A DNA stretch of 64,000 nt from an uncultured delta proteobacterium (lineage in GTDB: Bacteria > Desulfobacterota > Desulfuromonadia > Desulfuromonadales > CAWBQR01), in NCBI GenBank assembly GCA_963791005.1, contig CAWBQR010000017.1:29455-93454 (forward strand), given 5' to 3'. Position 1 is the stretch's first letter. Each line of letters starts with the position of its first letter. Under the pieces are notes generated by a model. It saw only the letters and a program-made list of their open reading frames with translations, made no database searches and was not told the DNA's origin. The position numbers and the translations under genes are program-made. Positions 40,663 through 50,421 of the stretch are shown here, piece after piece.

Positions 40663-40705
40663 AAAAAAGCCCGACGCGGGCATAATGCCGGTCGGGCAAA
40701 AAAAA
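40663..40705 (-). terminator. Terminator downstream of gltX
   Basis: GCCCGAC...GTCGGGC hairpin with a T-run on the minus strand. Confidence 0.65.
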
Positions 40706-40726
40706 GGCTGAGTGGGAAAGACTGAA

Positions 40727-42127
40727 TTACGGCTCCAGCTTCCCCTGGACGCTCTTCAGGCGCCGCAGGCTCTCGTCCTTTCCCAGGACGGAAATGACTT
40801 CATAAATGCCGGGGCTGACCGTCCCCCCGGTCAAAGCCACCCGAACAGCGGGACCGATTTTCCCGAGCTTCAGACCGGTTTCAGCCATGACCTCGGCAAA
40901 GGCATTGCCGATTCCCTGTTCGGAAAAATCATGACATGCCGCGAGGCGGCGGATGACGGCATCAAACACAGGAGCCTTGTCAGGTGTCAGGAACCTGGCC
41001 GCAGCTTCCGGGTCGTATTCAATCTCATTTTTAAAGTAGAAGGCCGCTCCCTGGGCCATTTCGACCATCGTCCTTGCCCGCTCCTGAAGCGTTTTAACCA
41101 CCGCCGGCAACTCCGGGCCTCCCTCAGGGTCTACACCCTGCCCGGGAAGATATCCCCGCAGCAGGTCTCCCAGCCGTTCGGGGTCGCCGGTTTTGATGTA
41201 ATGGGCATTCAGCCAGAGAAGTTTGTCCGGGTTGAAGACCCCGGCCGACCTCCCAACGTTTTCCAGGCTGAACTTTTCGATAAGCTCCTCCATGGAAAAA
41301 ATCTCCTGATCGCCAAAGGACCATCCAAGGCGTACCAGGTAGTTCACCATGGCTTCGGGAAGATACCCCAACTCCCGATAGGCCATCACCGAGGTAGCCC
41401 CGTGGCGCTTGGAAAGCCGCGTCTTGTCGGCGCCGAGAATCATCGGAACGTGGGCGAACTCGGGAACGGGGTAGCCGAGGGCCTGGTACATCAGGATCTG
41501 CCTGGGAGTATTGTTGATGTGGTCGTCCCCCCGCACGACGAGGGTCATCCCCATGGTAGCGTCGTCCACGACGACGACGAAATTATAGGTCGGCGTGCCG
41601 TCGGAGCGCTGGATGATGAGGTCGTCAAGCTCCTCATTCTGAAATGTTATGGAGCCTTTTATGCGGTCGTGGAAGGAGGTCTCTCCTACCTGGGGAGAGC
41701 GGAAACGTACCACGAAAGGCTTGTCCTTCGGCTGGTCGCTTCGGTGTCGGCAGGTCCCGTCGTATTTGGGTTTCTGCCCGGTTTTCAGGGCCTGTTCCCT
41801 TTTGGTTTCCAGCTCCTCGGGGGTGCAGTAACACCGGTATGCTTTACCTTCGGAGAGCAGCTGGTCCACCTTTTCCCGGTAGAGATCGAAACGCTCGGAC
41901 TGGTAATAGGGCCCCTCGTCGCAGGAGAGCCCCAACCAGTCCATGGCCTGAAGAATGGCATCCACCGATTCCTGGGTCGAGCGGGCGACATCGGTATCCT
42001 CGATGCGCAGAACAAAGGTCCCATTTTCCCTGCGAGCCAGAAGATAATTGAAAAGGGCCGTCCGGGCACCCCCGATATGGAGGTAGCCGGTGGGGCTGGG
42101 AGCAAAACGGACACGCAAGCCGGACAT
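40727..42127 (-). CDS. gltX: Glutamate--tRNA ligase
   Basis: [14 protein letters not shown] (HIGH motif) and RLSKRHG (KMSKS motif). Confidence 0.98.
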   Translation of the reverse strand: MSGLRVRFAPSPTGYLHIGGARTALFNYLLARRENGTFVLRIEDTDVARSTQESVDAILQAMDWLGLSCDEGPYYQSERFDLYREKVDQLLSEGKAYRCYCTPEELETKREQALKTGQKPKYDGTCRHRSDQPKDKPFVVRFRSPQVGETSFHDRIKGSITFQNEELDDLIIQRSDGTPTYNFVVVVDDATMGMTLVVRGDDHINNTPRQILMYQALGYPVPEFAHVPMILGADKTRLSKRHGATSVMAYRELGYLPEAMVNYLVRLGWSFGDQEIFSMEELIEKFSLENVGRSAGVFNPDKLLWLNAHYIKTGDPERLGDLLRGYLPGQGVDPEGGPELPAVVKTLQERARTMVEMAQGAAFYFKNEIEYDPEAAARFLTPDKAPVFDAVIRRLAACHDFSEQGIGNAFAEVMAETGLKLGKIGPAVRVALTGGTVSPGIYEVISVLGKDESLRRLKSVQGKLEP

Positions 42128-42249
42128 TCTTCTCTCCTTTTTGCCAGGGTACTAAAAGAAAAGGGCCGCCGACGGCGGCCCCGCTTTTTATACTGCAACC
42201 TTCCTGCAATGACAAGGCCTTTTTCCGGCGACAACCCGCAGGTTCGGGG

Positions 42250-43053
42250 CTATTCCACGATGACTCCGGCATACCCGACCACCTGGGACTGGTCCCCGGT
42301 GACATCCCCCGAATTGCCGTAGTGGACCAGGGTGGCCCTGGCGGCGCCCAACTGCCTGGCGGCGACCAGCATGACCACCACCGGGAGGACTCCGCACATG
42401 GAAATCTCCCCCTCCCTGACGGTCCGAAAAAGGCCCTCGGGATCCAGGGCCAGGATACGGTCCAGGGCCCGCCGGTCCTTTTCACGGGCCGCCTCTCCCG
42501 GTTCATAATGGGTCATGTCGGAGCTGGCGACCATGAGCACCCCCCTTCCCTGCTCCGACAGGACCTTTCCGAGGGCTTCTCCCATGGCAAGAAGGTCGGG
42601 GAGGGGGACATGCCCCAGGCAAATCGGTACGATGGTGGCCTCGGGGGCCAGGGCCTGAATGAAGGGGACCTGGACCTCCAGGGAATGTTCGAAACGATGG
42701 GCGGCCTCGTCGGCGGTCATCTTCGGGCACGACCTAAGAATGTCCTGTGCCAACCGGCTGTCGATGCCGACTTTGCCCAAAGGGGTCAACCAGGTTCCGG
42801 AAGGGTAGACGGCGGCGGGAGGTCCGAATCCGTGATGATTGGGACCCAGGATGACGATTTTGCCCGGAATTTCAACCCGTGCGAAGGTTTTTCCCGCTAT
42901 AGCGCCGGAGTACACGTATCCGGCATGGGGGGAAATGATTCCCAGGGCGGGGCGCTTGCTCGAAGGGCTGGGGATGAGTTCCGAAAGCAGCTTCCGCAGG
43001 GACTCGGCCTTAACGGGGTAGAATTGTCCGGCCACTGCAGGTTGTCTTTCCAC
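42250..43053 (-). CDS. amrB: AmmeMemoRadiSam system protein B (MEMO1 family)
   Basis: RQPAVAGQFYP, PHAGYVYSG, EHSLEVQVPF, ASSDMTHY, SMCG, VVGYA. Confidence 0.93.
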   Translation of the reverse strand: MERQPAVAGQFYPVKAESLRKLLSELIPSPSSKRPALGIISPHAGYVYSGAIAGKTFARVEIPGKIVILGPNHHGFGPPAAVYPSGTWLTPLGKVGIDSRLAQDILRSCPKMTADEAAHRFEHSLEVQVPFIQALAPEATIVPICLGHVPLPDLLAMGEALGKVLSEQGRGVLMVASSDMTHYEPGEAAREKDRRALDRILALDPEGLFRTVREGEISMCGVLPVVVMLVAARQLGAARATLVHYGNSGDVTGDQSQVVGYAGVIVE

Positions 43054-43089
43054 GGCAGCATCCTCCTGGCGCCATCCTGGCTGGACGGC

Positions 43090-43914
43090 TCAGCTAAAAA
43101 GCAACTGGATCACGAACCGGCTCCCGATGACGATCTGAACGAGGGCAAATATTTTTGCCAGTTTATCATGGGGAACCCGGCCGGCAACCCGGACTCCCAA
43201 CCGGGCAAAGAGAATGGAAAAAGGTACCACCACCGCCGCCACCAGGAGATTGACATAGCCAAGAGAAAAGGGGGCCAGCCCGGGGCGGCCCCACCCGTGA
43301 AGGATATAGGAGAGGGTTCCGAAAAAGGAGGAAACTACGATGAGGGCGCTGGCATTGCCGACCGCCAGATGGATGGGAAGATGAAGGGCAATGACCATCA
43401 GGGGCACCGTGACCACCCCGCCCCCAACTCCGAAGAAAGCGGAAAATCCTCCTCCGGCAAGCCCGACCAGAAGCAGCGGGACGACGGGAATAGAGGTTTC
43501 CCTTTCGGGGGGCAGGCGACGCTGGGAAAAGAACATCTTCACCCCTACCAGGAGCAGCATGATTCCAAAAATCCCCTTGAGATGCCCTCCTGAGATAAGG
43601 GCGGCGAGGGTGGCTCCCAGGATGGCGCCGCAGGCTCCTCCGATGGCCAGATAGGCGACGTGCCGCCAGTTGACGTTGCCGCGTCGCCGGTGGGCCAGGG
43701 CACTGCTGCAGGCGGTAGGAATGATGATGCCGAGGCTGGTACCGAGAGCGGCATGGACCAGTCCCTGCGGGTCGAAACCGGCCAGGGGAAAAGACCAGAG
43801 GAAAAGGGGCACGAGGATGATGCCGCCTCCGATCCCGAGAAGGCCGGCGCAGAATCCGGCCAGAGCGCCGCTGGCGCAGAGAATGAAAAGGATTTCCGGG
43901 GAGAAAATGGACAT
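43090..43914 (-). CDS. TauE/SafE sulfite exporter family protein
   Basis: AGLLGIGGG and FFGVGGG internal repeats; about 8 TMs. Confidence 0.9.
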   Translation of the reverse strand: MSIFSPEILFILCASGALAGFCAGLLGIGGGIILVPLFLWSFPLAGFDPQGLVHAALGTSLGIIIPTACSSALAHRRRGNVNWRHVAYLAIGGACGAILGATLAALISGGHLKGIFGIMLLLVGVKMFFSQRRLPPERETSIPVVPLLLVGLAGGGFSAFFGVGGGVVTVPLMVIALHLPIHLAVGNASALIVVSSFFGTLSYILHGWGRPGLAPFSLGYVNLLVAAVVVPFSILFARLGVRVAGRVPHDKLAKIFALVQIVIGSRFVIQLLFS

Positions 43915-43922
43915 AGGGCATT

Positions 43923-43951
43923 AAAAAAAGCCAGCCCCTCAGGGCTGGCTT
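43923..43951 (-). terminator. Terminator after tRNA-Cys
   Basis: AAGCCAGCCC-loop-GGGCTGGCTT plus T-run. Confidence 0.75.
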
Positions 43952-43961
43952 GGAATTTGGA

Positions 43962-44035
<74 letters not shown>

Positions 44036-44071
44036 GTCAACGGCAACGGATGTGCCGCTAAAAGCTCGGTA

Positions 44072-44100
44072 TTGATATCAAATCGACGGAAGGGTGTCAA
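44072..44100 (-). promoter_or_regulatory. Sigma-70 promoter of tRNA-Cys
   Basis: TTGACA-17 nt-TATCAA with extended -10 TG. Confidence 0.65.
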
Positions 44101-44123
44101 GGGGAAAATCCCTTAAGGCAGGG

Positions 44124-44372
44124 TCATGCGCTGCGTCTCCGCCACAAAACCAGAGCCATCACTGCAAGGCCGAGAGGGAGGCCGACCACCACCAGCTTGG
44201 CCACCTCGACCCAGGCCGCATAGAAGCTCTCCTGAACGGTGAACCGCGGGGGATAAAAGGTTTTCAGATAATGAATTTCTCCCAAGCTGTGCCAGGCGAG
44301 TGCTCCGAAACCGACAAGCAGCCCGAGCACGATGCAAAACCGCAGGAATCCCGACATCCCCGTCCTCCCCAT
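44124..44372 (-). CDS. Small two-TM membrane protein
   Basis: 82 aa, two hydrophobic helices, operon-like spacing. Confidence 0.55.
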   Translation of the reverse strand: MGRTGMSGFLRFCIVLGLLVGFGALAWHSLGEIHYLKTFYPPRFTVQESFYAAWVEVAKLVVVGLPLGLAVMALVLWRRRSA

Positions 44373-44399
44373 GCGATTTGTTCAAAGGACCAATCAGGT

Positions 44400-44627
44400 T
44401 CAGGAAAACACCGCCAGCTGCCGCAGAATTTCCCGGTGCGGGATACCTTCTACGGAAACCTCCCCTCCCTCCAGAAGAGAAACCAGACGGAAAAGGGTTT
44501 CATTCTCCCCGTTGATAACCGCATCGTCGGCAACCGTCGCCAAGCTGATAACCGCTTCCCAGTCCTGGCGGGTGATGCGGTTTTCCTGCAGCGCCTTCTC
44601 CAGCACATTTCGAATTCGAAGGATCAC
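44400..44627 (-). CDS. Hypothetical protein (75 aa)
   Basis: GTG start after a strong AGGAGG RBS; protein-like composition. Confidence 0.6.
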   Translation of the reverse strand: MILRIRNVLEKALQENRITRQDWEAVISLATVADDAVINGENETLFRLVSLLEGGEVSVEGIPHREILRQLAVFS

Positions 44628-44667
44628 TTTTCCCTCCTATGAGCATTAACTCGTTCCCATCCGGAAA

Positions 44668-45024
44668 CTACCTGTTGCGAGGCCGGTCGTCTCCCGCCAG
44701 ATAACCGGCAAGTAAGCTGCGGCTGTGTTCATCATCGTGGCAGTAGACACAAAGATTTTCCCAGTTGCTGCCGTCTGAGGGATTATTGAGGTGATTGCCG
44801 TCCTTATGGTGGACGGTGAGAAGATGCAGGTTATGGGCTTCGAACTCGCGCCCGCATTTGGCGCAAATCCAACCGTGGAGTTTAAGAGACTTTTCCCGAT
44901 AGTTTTCACCTGCCTCGGCTTGGGCTTTCATTTTCCGGACCAGCGCGTCGATCTCCTCAGGGGATTTCCCCCCTTGGGGTTTGACGGGTCCTTTTGACCG
45001 GCGGGGCTTGAAAGATCGGGCCAT
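44668..45024 (-). CDS. YajD-family HNH nuclease
   Basis: YREKSLKLHGWICAKCGREF...TVHHKDGNH.NNP.DGSNWENLCVYCHDDEHSR. Confidence 0.9.
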   Translation of the reverse strand: MARSFKPRRSKGPVKPQGGKSPEEIDALVRKMKAQAEAGENYREKSLKLHGWICAKCGREFEAHNLHLLTVHHKDGNHLNNPSDGSNWENLCVYCHDDEHSRSLLAGYLAGDDRPRNR

Positions 45025-45175
45025 TTACAATTTCTCCTCCACTGAAAACCTCCCTTCCGGCTCTTGAGGAGGGGACTCTTACTTCAACAGCACCCGTACG
45101 ACTCTCCATTGATAGATGCCATATTGTCAACTATAGATAATTTTCGGACGTCTGCATCCCTCACCTGCCCAAGAT

Positions 45176-46246
45176 TTAAAGTTCTTCACTTTGCCTAAAG
45201 GCGACCCGGGCTTTCCAAAGGAGCCATGCGAGAACCAGGACACCCAGAACCAGAACGACAAAAAAGGCGTACATGGACGAGTAGCGGGAAACGACTTCCA
45301 TACGTTCGACGGAAAAAAAGGGCTTCAGGTATCCACTGCGGACATAAGCCCGGACGAAGGACATGAGGTAAACCAGGGGCAGAACCGCACAGGCGGCGCC
45401 GGCCAGGCTCCGCCTCAGCCCGGCAGCCAGGGCCACCATGGCCAGGACAAAAGCCGCCAGGAAGACACCGGTCGCCCCCGGATCCCCGCCCAGGAACATG
45501 AGCTTGACGTCTTTCGGAAGGAAGGTCAGGAAGAAGATGCCGTCGATAACCTGCACCAGGGTCAGGTAGCCGAACACCCGCATCCCCAGGTCGACGGCAT
45601 AGCTTCCCAACGCGGGGTCCTTTCTACCCAGGAACCGGCCGAAGCCCGCTACGAACAGACCCCCGACGGCGAGAGCGCCGATCACCATATGCAGGTAGCG
45701 GGGGATGAGTGTCGGGTCGTTGAGATTCAGCAATGTACCATGGGGATCGGCAAAATAGGCGCTCCAGACCCCGGGTCGCAGCATGAGGGTCATGTTGTTG
45801 GTGAAGAGAAAAGGAATGGCCAGCAGCAGAAGCACCGCAGAGCCGATGACGAGCACCCCGCCTCCCCGGAACCGGGCAAACCGGAAATCGTAAATATAGA
45901 GGAGGTAATAGACCGACATCACCAGAAGAATAACGCTCAGCCAGAAAGCACCCATCAGCACGGAACTGGAGTAGAAAAACTGCCCGTAGAGAACCTGGAG
46001 GAAGAGAAGCGCCCCGACGCCGAAATTGACGACGAAGGCGACCAGGATGGGCAGCAGACGGGCCAGTTCGTGGGCAAGCTTGCCGGGCAGATCTCCCTTT
46101 TTCGCATGGGCGTAGAAGGAAATGGCGGCGGAACCGACCATGAAGTTCATGAACAGCAGGTGAATCGGGAAAAGAAGGAGGAGAAAAAACTGAAAATATC
46201 CCGGAGGTACGAGCAGATAGTCAGGGGTCGGAATCAGAGTATTCAA
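45176..46246 (-). CDS. CydA-like second subunit of a cytochrome bd-superfamily complex
   Basis: About 9 TMs, N-terminal IHLLFMNF His, RYLH; translationally coupled to the CydA-cytochrome c gene. Confidence 0.65.
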   Translation of the reverse strand: MNTLIPTPDYLLVPPGYFQFFLLLLFPIHLLFMNFMVGSAAISFYAHAKKGDLPGKLAHELARLLPILVAFVVNFGVGALLFLQVLYGQFFYSSSVLMGAFWLSVILLVMSVYYLLYIYDFRFARFRGGGVLVIGSAVLLLLAIPFLFTNNMTLMLRPGVWSAYFADPHGTLLNLNDPTLIPRYLHMVIGALAVGGLFVAGFGRFLGRKDPALGSYAVDLGMRVFGYLTLVQVIDGIFFLTFLPKDVKLMFLGGDPGATGVFLAAFVLAMVALAAGLRRSLAGAACAVLPLVYLMSFVRAYVRSGYLKPFFSVERMEVVSRYSSMYAFFVVLVLGVLVLAWLLWKARVAFRQSEEL

Positions 46247-47835
46247 CGGGCACCTCCCTGCCCCAGTCGGGCCAGAAAATCGGCCAGGGCATCCTTTTCG
46301 GCCGCAGAGGCATTCAGCGGCGGCATGGCCGGATTGAGCTGCGGCAGCCGGTCGAGAGCCTGGCGGATCCGGTCCCGGCTCCAGCCCGAGACCCTTTTCC
46401 GGATGGAATTGGGCCCTTCACCCAGCTGGTGGCAGAACGAGCAGTGTTCCTCGAATACCGCCTTGCCCATCGAGGCCCCCGGAAGCGTCGGCTCTTTCCC
46501 GGTTGTCTCCTCGCCGAGCAGGGCGGCCGCAGGAGGAATCTCGCCGCCATGCAGATCCTTGACGATCCATGCTGCCAGCGCCTTGGCCTCCGTATCGGTG
46601 CCGGCAAAGGGAGGCATGAAGTACCGGATCTGGTGAATCCGTTCGATATATCCCTCCAGGGCGTGGAAGGTCATGCCCCGGGTCCGGGCGACGATGTCGT
46701 TGTTCAGCCCCCCTACGGTGTGGCAGGCATAGCACTGAAACTGGAAGAGCTCCTCTCCGGCCGAAAGGAGGTTTTTCTCGTTCACCTCCTTGAAGCGGGT
46801 CCAGCGGGCGGAAGAGAGAAACCCTTTTTTTTGAACGGAGACCATCTCGTCAGGGGTCATGCTGTCGGAATAGAAGACTCCGGGGCTGCCGTCGACGACA
46901 TAAGGCCGGCGAGCGTTCTCCCGGGTCCACTCGAAGGTCCCGACGATCATGAAGGCGCAACCCAGCACCAGAAATGCCACGACCTTGTTTTGCCATGCCG
47001 GTTTGGCCAGCGAGAAGACCAGGGTCAGCACCAGCAGGCCGACGGCGGCATACATCCCGTACCGGACCGCCACACTGATGGTCGGCATCCGCCCGTCGAG
47101 AAGAAGGCGGGCCTCTCCGGGCAGGCTCCTCATGTACCAGTAGCCCGAGGGAACGCCCCCTATGAGGGCCAGAAGAACCCACTTCCCGGAAAAGCGGCCC
47201 AAGGTCCTCTTGAGGGCGGAATTCCGCTGAAAAGAGACGATGAGAAGCGCGAAGGCGCCCGCCAGCATCAGGGCGACGAAGGTGCGGAAAAAGGTGGAGG
47301 GCCAGAAGGTCGGGTTAAAGAACCCCGCCCAGAAGTCATGATTCTTTTTCCATCCCCCGGGAGAAAGCATGAAGGCGATGATGCCGTTTATAATAAAGAG
47401 GCTGAACCAGCCAGCGATGAAGTAAACCCAGCCAACGGCCTGGTGGGTGCGGTCGTCCATCCTGCCGAAGGTATAGAAATAAATTGTAATGGAGACGATT
47501 TCGACGAGGAATACCACCCATTCGGAGGCCCAGGCGAAAACGAAATTGTGTATCAGCAAAGAGGTGGCCGCCGGGTTGACCAGGGAGATGACGAACCAGA
47601 TGCCCACACCGGTGATGCTGCCGTAGACGAGGGTGAGCAGCACGAAGAATTTGGTGAATTTCCGGGTGAATTCGAGAAGGGCCGGGTCGTTCTCCCGAAT
47701 GGCCTTCCGCTCAGCCAGAACGAGGTACAGTCCCCCTCCCACCGCGAACTGGCTGACGAACACATGAGTAACGGCGATGATCGCAATCAGGGTCCCTCCC
47801 CCGATTCCGGGCAGATACCAGACCGGATAGTTCAT
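46243..47835 (-). CDS. Cytochrome bd subunit I-like protein fused to two c-type hemes
   Basis: THVFVSQF, EWVVFLVE, EWTRENARRPY; CYACH and CSFCH. Confidence 0.8.
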   Translation of the reverse strand: MNYPVWYLPGIGGGTLIAIIAVTHVFVSQFAVGGGLYLVLAERKAIRENDPALLEFTRKFTKFFVLLTLVYGSITGVGIWFVISLVNPAATSLLIHNFVFAWASEWVVFLVEIVSITIYFYTFGRMDDRTHQAVGWVYFIAGWFSLFIINGIIAFMLSPGGWKKNHDFWAGFFNPTFWPSTFFRTFVALMLAGAFALLIVSFQRNSALKRTLGRFSGKWVLLALIGGVPSGYWYMRSLPGEARLLLDGRMPTISVAVRYGMYAAVGLLVLTLVFSLAKPAWQNKVVAFLVLGCAFMIVGTFEWTRENARRPYVVDGSPGVFYSDSMTPDEMVSVQKKGFLSSARWTRFKEVNEKNLLSAGEELFQFQCYACHTVGGLNNDIVARTRGMTFHALEGYIERIHQIRYFMPPFAGTDTEAKALAAWIVKDLHGGEIPPAAALLGEETTGKEPTLPGASMGKAVFEEHCSFCHQLGEGPNSIRKRVSGWSRDRIRQALDRLPQLNPAMPPLNASAAEKDALADFLARLGQGGAR

Positions 47836-47916
47836 TATTTCCTCTCCTTTAAATTCTCCGAAAAACCTGTCACCTGCCAAGCTCAGCGACAAGCCGAAAA
47901 TTCAGCCCGGAACGGC

Positions 47917-49757
47917 TTAAACCTCGACGTACACGCCTCGTCTCTTCTCCAACTCCTTCGCGTAACGGGCCAGGAGTGAGCGCCGCGATAGCATGAATAG
48001 AACCCTTCCAGGTTTTGCCCCGTCCACGACGGGAAGTTCCTCCAGACCCCGGCTGGAGAGTTTGCCGAGAACCTGGTTCAAGGTTTCGTCCATCCGGCAG
48101 GTGATCACCCGCGGAACGGCGATGTCCCTCGCTAGAACCAGTCCCGGTGGAATCTCTTCGTTCAGAATTCTCCGGATGTCGTTCACGGAAAATATTCCTG
48201 TCATGCTGCCTTCGTCGTCGATGACGGGATAGTACGCCCCTTCAGCGGTGGCGATCCGCACCAGGATGTCCGACAAGGGAAGACTTTCAGGGATGAAGGT
48301 CGGCTTTCTCCCCTGTTCCGCCAGGTCGGCCACCGTAATGCCTTCCAGCACATCGATAACGAAATCCCCCAGGTGGGCCGGGGAGTCGATTCGGCTCTTG
48401 ACCTGTTTTTCATAGATGCCGTTTTGCCTGGCCGTCATCATGGCGACGACGCAGACCAGCATGAGGGGGGCAAGGAGACCATAGTTTCCAGTCAGCTCAC
48501 TGACCATGATGAGGGTTGCGACGGGGGTCTTGGAGGCGCCTGCAAAAAAGCCGGCCATCCCCACCAGGACGTAGGCCCTGGGGTCGGTGACCATGGTGGG
48601 AAACATCCCATTGGCCATGGCCCCGAAGGCCCCGCCCAGGAGGGCTCCCATGACGAGACTGGGAGCGAAAACCCCGCCCGAACCGCCGGAAGGTATGGTC
48701 AGACTGGTGGCCAGGATTTTCGCCAGGGCAACGACCAGCATCACCCAGAGCGCAACTTTCCCGTAAAGGGCGGCCTGGACCCAGCTGTACCCCGAGCCGA
48801 GCACCTGGGGAACCGCCATGGCGAGAAGCCCCAACAGCAGCCCCCCCAGAGCCGGCTTGACCGCCCTGGGAATCCCAATTTTTTGAAAAATATCCCTCAG
48901 CCCGTAGAAGGTCTTTACGTACACCCCGCCCAGAGCGGCGCAGAGCAGGCCGAGTAAAAGATAGAGGAGGAGTTCGCTGGGATGTTCGAAGCGAAACCGG
49001 GGGGTGGTCAGAAGGGGCGCCCAACCGGTCACGGCCCCGAAAAGGGAATAGGCCAGGATGGATGAGATGATGCAGGGGATCAGGGCCTCATGTTCGAACT
49101 CGGGCTCCCTATAGAGAACTTCAACGGCAAAGAGCGCGCCTCCGAGGGGAGCGCGGAAGGTGGCCCCGATTCCGCCGGCAATGCCGGCCAGAAGAAGAAT
49201 CCGGCGTTCGCTCACGGGCAGATTGAGACGGTTGGCCAGATAGGAGCCGAATCCCGCTCCGATTTGGGCAATCGGCCCTTCCCGGCCCGCCGAGCCGCCC
49301 GTACCGATGGTGGCGACGGAGGCAAGAGCCTTGATCCAGGGGACCCGCCCTCGAATGGCGCCTCCCTTGTTGTGGAAGGCGTCAATGGCCGCATCCGTAC
49401 CATGCCCTTCGGCTTCGGGAGCGAAGGTGAAAACCAGAAGCCCCGATATCAGCCCCCCAGAGCGGGAAGTAAAAACAGAAACCAACGATGACCCATGTGC
49501 AGGGATTCGATCATTCCCCCGGGTGAGGCCATTCTTTCGGCGGGAGGATGGTAGCCCGCAAGCTTTCCGAGAACCCAGAAATCAGCGGCATTGGTGGCGA
49601 AATAAAACCCCACGGCAGCCAATCCTGCCATGACGCCCACCACGGCCCCGAGAGCGATGTGGCGGTGGACCAATCGAACAGCTAGATTCCGGAGGGCGGT
49701 TGCAACGGCTCCTGGACGGAAGCTCACCAACGCACCTCCCCGCGACACCCTCCACAA
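47917..49757 (-). CDS. ClC chloride channel/antiporter with CBS pair (frameshift near 49460)
   Basis: GHGTD, GSAGREGP, GGVFAP, C-terminal CBS domains; N-terminus in ORF 49449-49757. Confidence 0.88.
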
Positions 49758-50095
49758 TGACTCGTCATTTCAATTCCATTCACCATCTTACCGGGGTTAA
49801 TTAATCCAATCGTCCGATGCTCGTCCAAACCGGAATATTTCACGATATGGCAGGATGCCGCGACACGGCCCGGCACCTTTGCGAATCGAGGGGACACAGT
49901 GAGAGACTGCCCCCGTAACGCATCCAATTTATTAAAGTATAGAAAAAAGAATCGAAAAAGAAAAGGGACTCGAAGGAAGGGAGACCCCAGATTTCAATCT
50001 CAGGCCCATGCCAGGCCGTTCCCTCACCACCTCCCCCCGCCATGGACAGGGGATGGATAGCCGGGCCTGCGCAGGACCTGCGATGAGTTCGAAAA

Positions 50096-50386
50096 CTACT
50101 TGAAATGGTAGAACGCCTCGTTGAGATAAGCGACTACGTCGGCTTTCTTGACGTCATTCCATCCGGTATGGGCATTTTGGGAGCACACCTCCACCTGCCC
50201 CCGGAGGGCATCCAGAGAGTCGACCCGCCGGTCCGGGCGGGTGTAAACCTCCGAGCCATGGCACCGGGTGCAATTTTTCTCCACCAGAGTTTTTCCCTTT
50301 TGAGGGTCGGCAGTCAGGGATAATGCCGTTGCCGCCACCAGGAGAAACCCGAGGACGACCACCCCCCACATGAATGCGTTTTTCAT
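50096..50386 (-). CDS. Small monoheme cytochrome c
   Basis: Signal peptide and CTRCH. Confidence 0.85.
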   Translation of the reverse strand: MKNAFMWGVVVLGFLLVAATALSLTADPQKGKTLVEKNCTRCHGSEVYTRPDRRVDSLDALRGQVEVCSQNAHTGWNDVKKADVVAYLNEAFYHFK

Positions 50387-50421
50387 CCCATCCTCCTTCT
50401 TTCGAGCCGCCAGGCCATGAC

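Noticed and set aside
40712-42322. Long plus-strand ORF of 536 aa (similarly 46429-47979 +, 36998-38164 +, 52981-54654 -, 4815-5840 +)
   Set aside because: Antisense shadows of well-supported genes in GC-rich DNA, with no recognisable motifs.
44036-44130. att direct repeat of the tRNA-Gly 3' end at the far end of the 18 kb block
   Set aside because: No TTCCCGCTCCA-like copy found and no integrase in the window.
44668-45024. CVYCH as a heme-binding motif
   Set aside because: Part of the Zn-binding HNH fold of a YajD-like protein with no signal peptide.
50050-50080. GGATAGCCGGGCCTGC, resembling the 3' half of a GEMM riboswitch
   Set aside because: No upstream GCAAA...GACGCAAAG half, and wrong orientation for the flanking genes.
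49760-50090. Possible fluoride riboswitch upstream of ClC
   Set aside because: No crcB-motif consensus visible, and the protein lacks the fluoride-type ClC signature (it has GHGTD).
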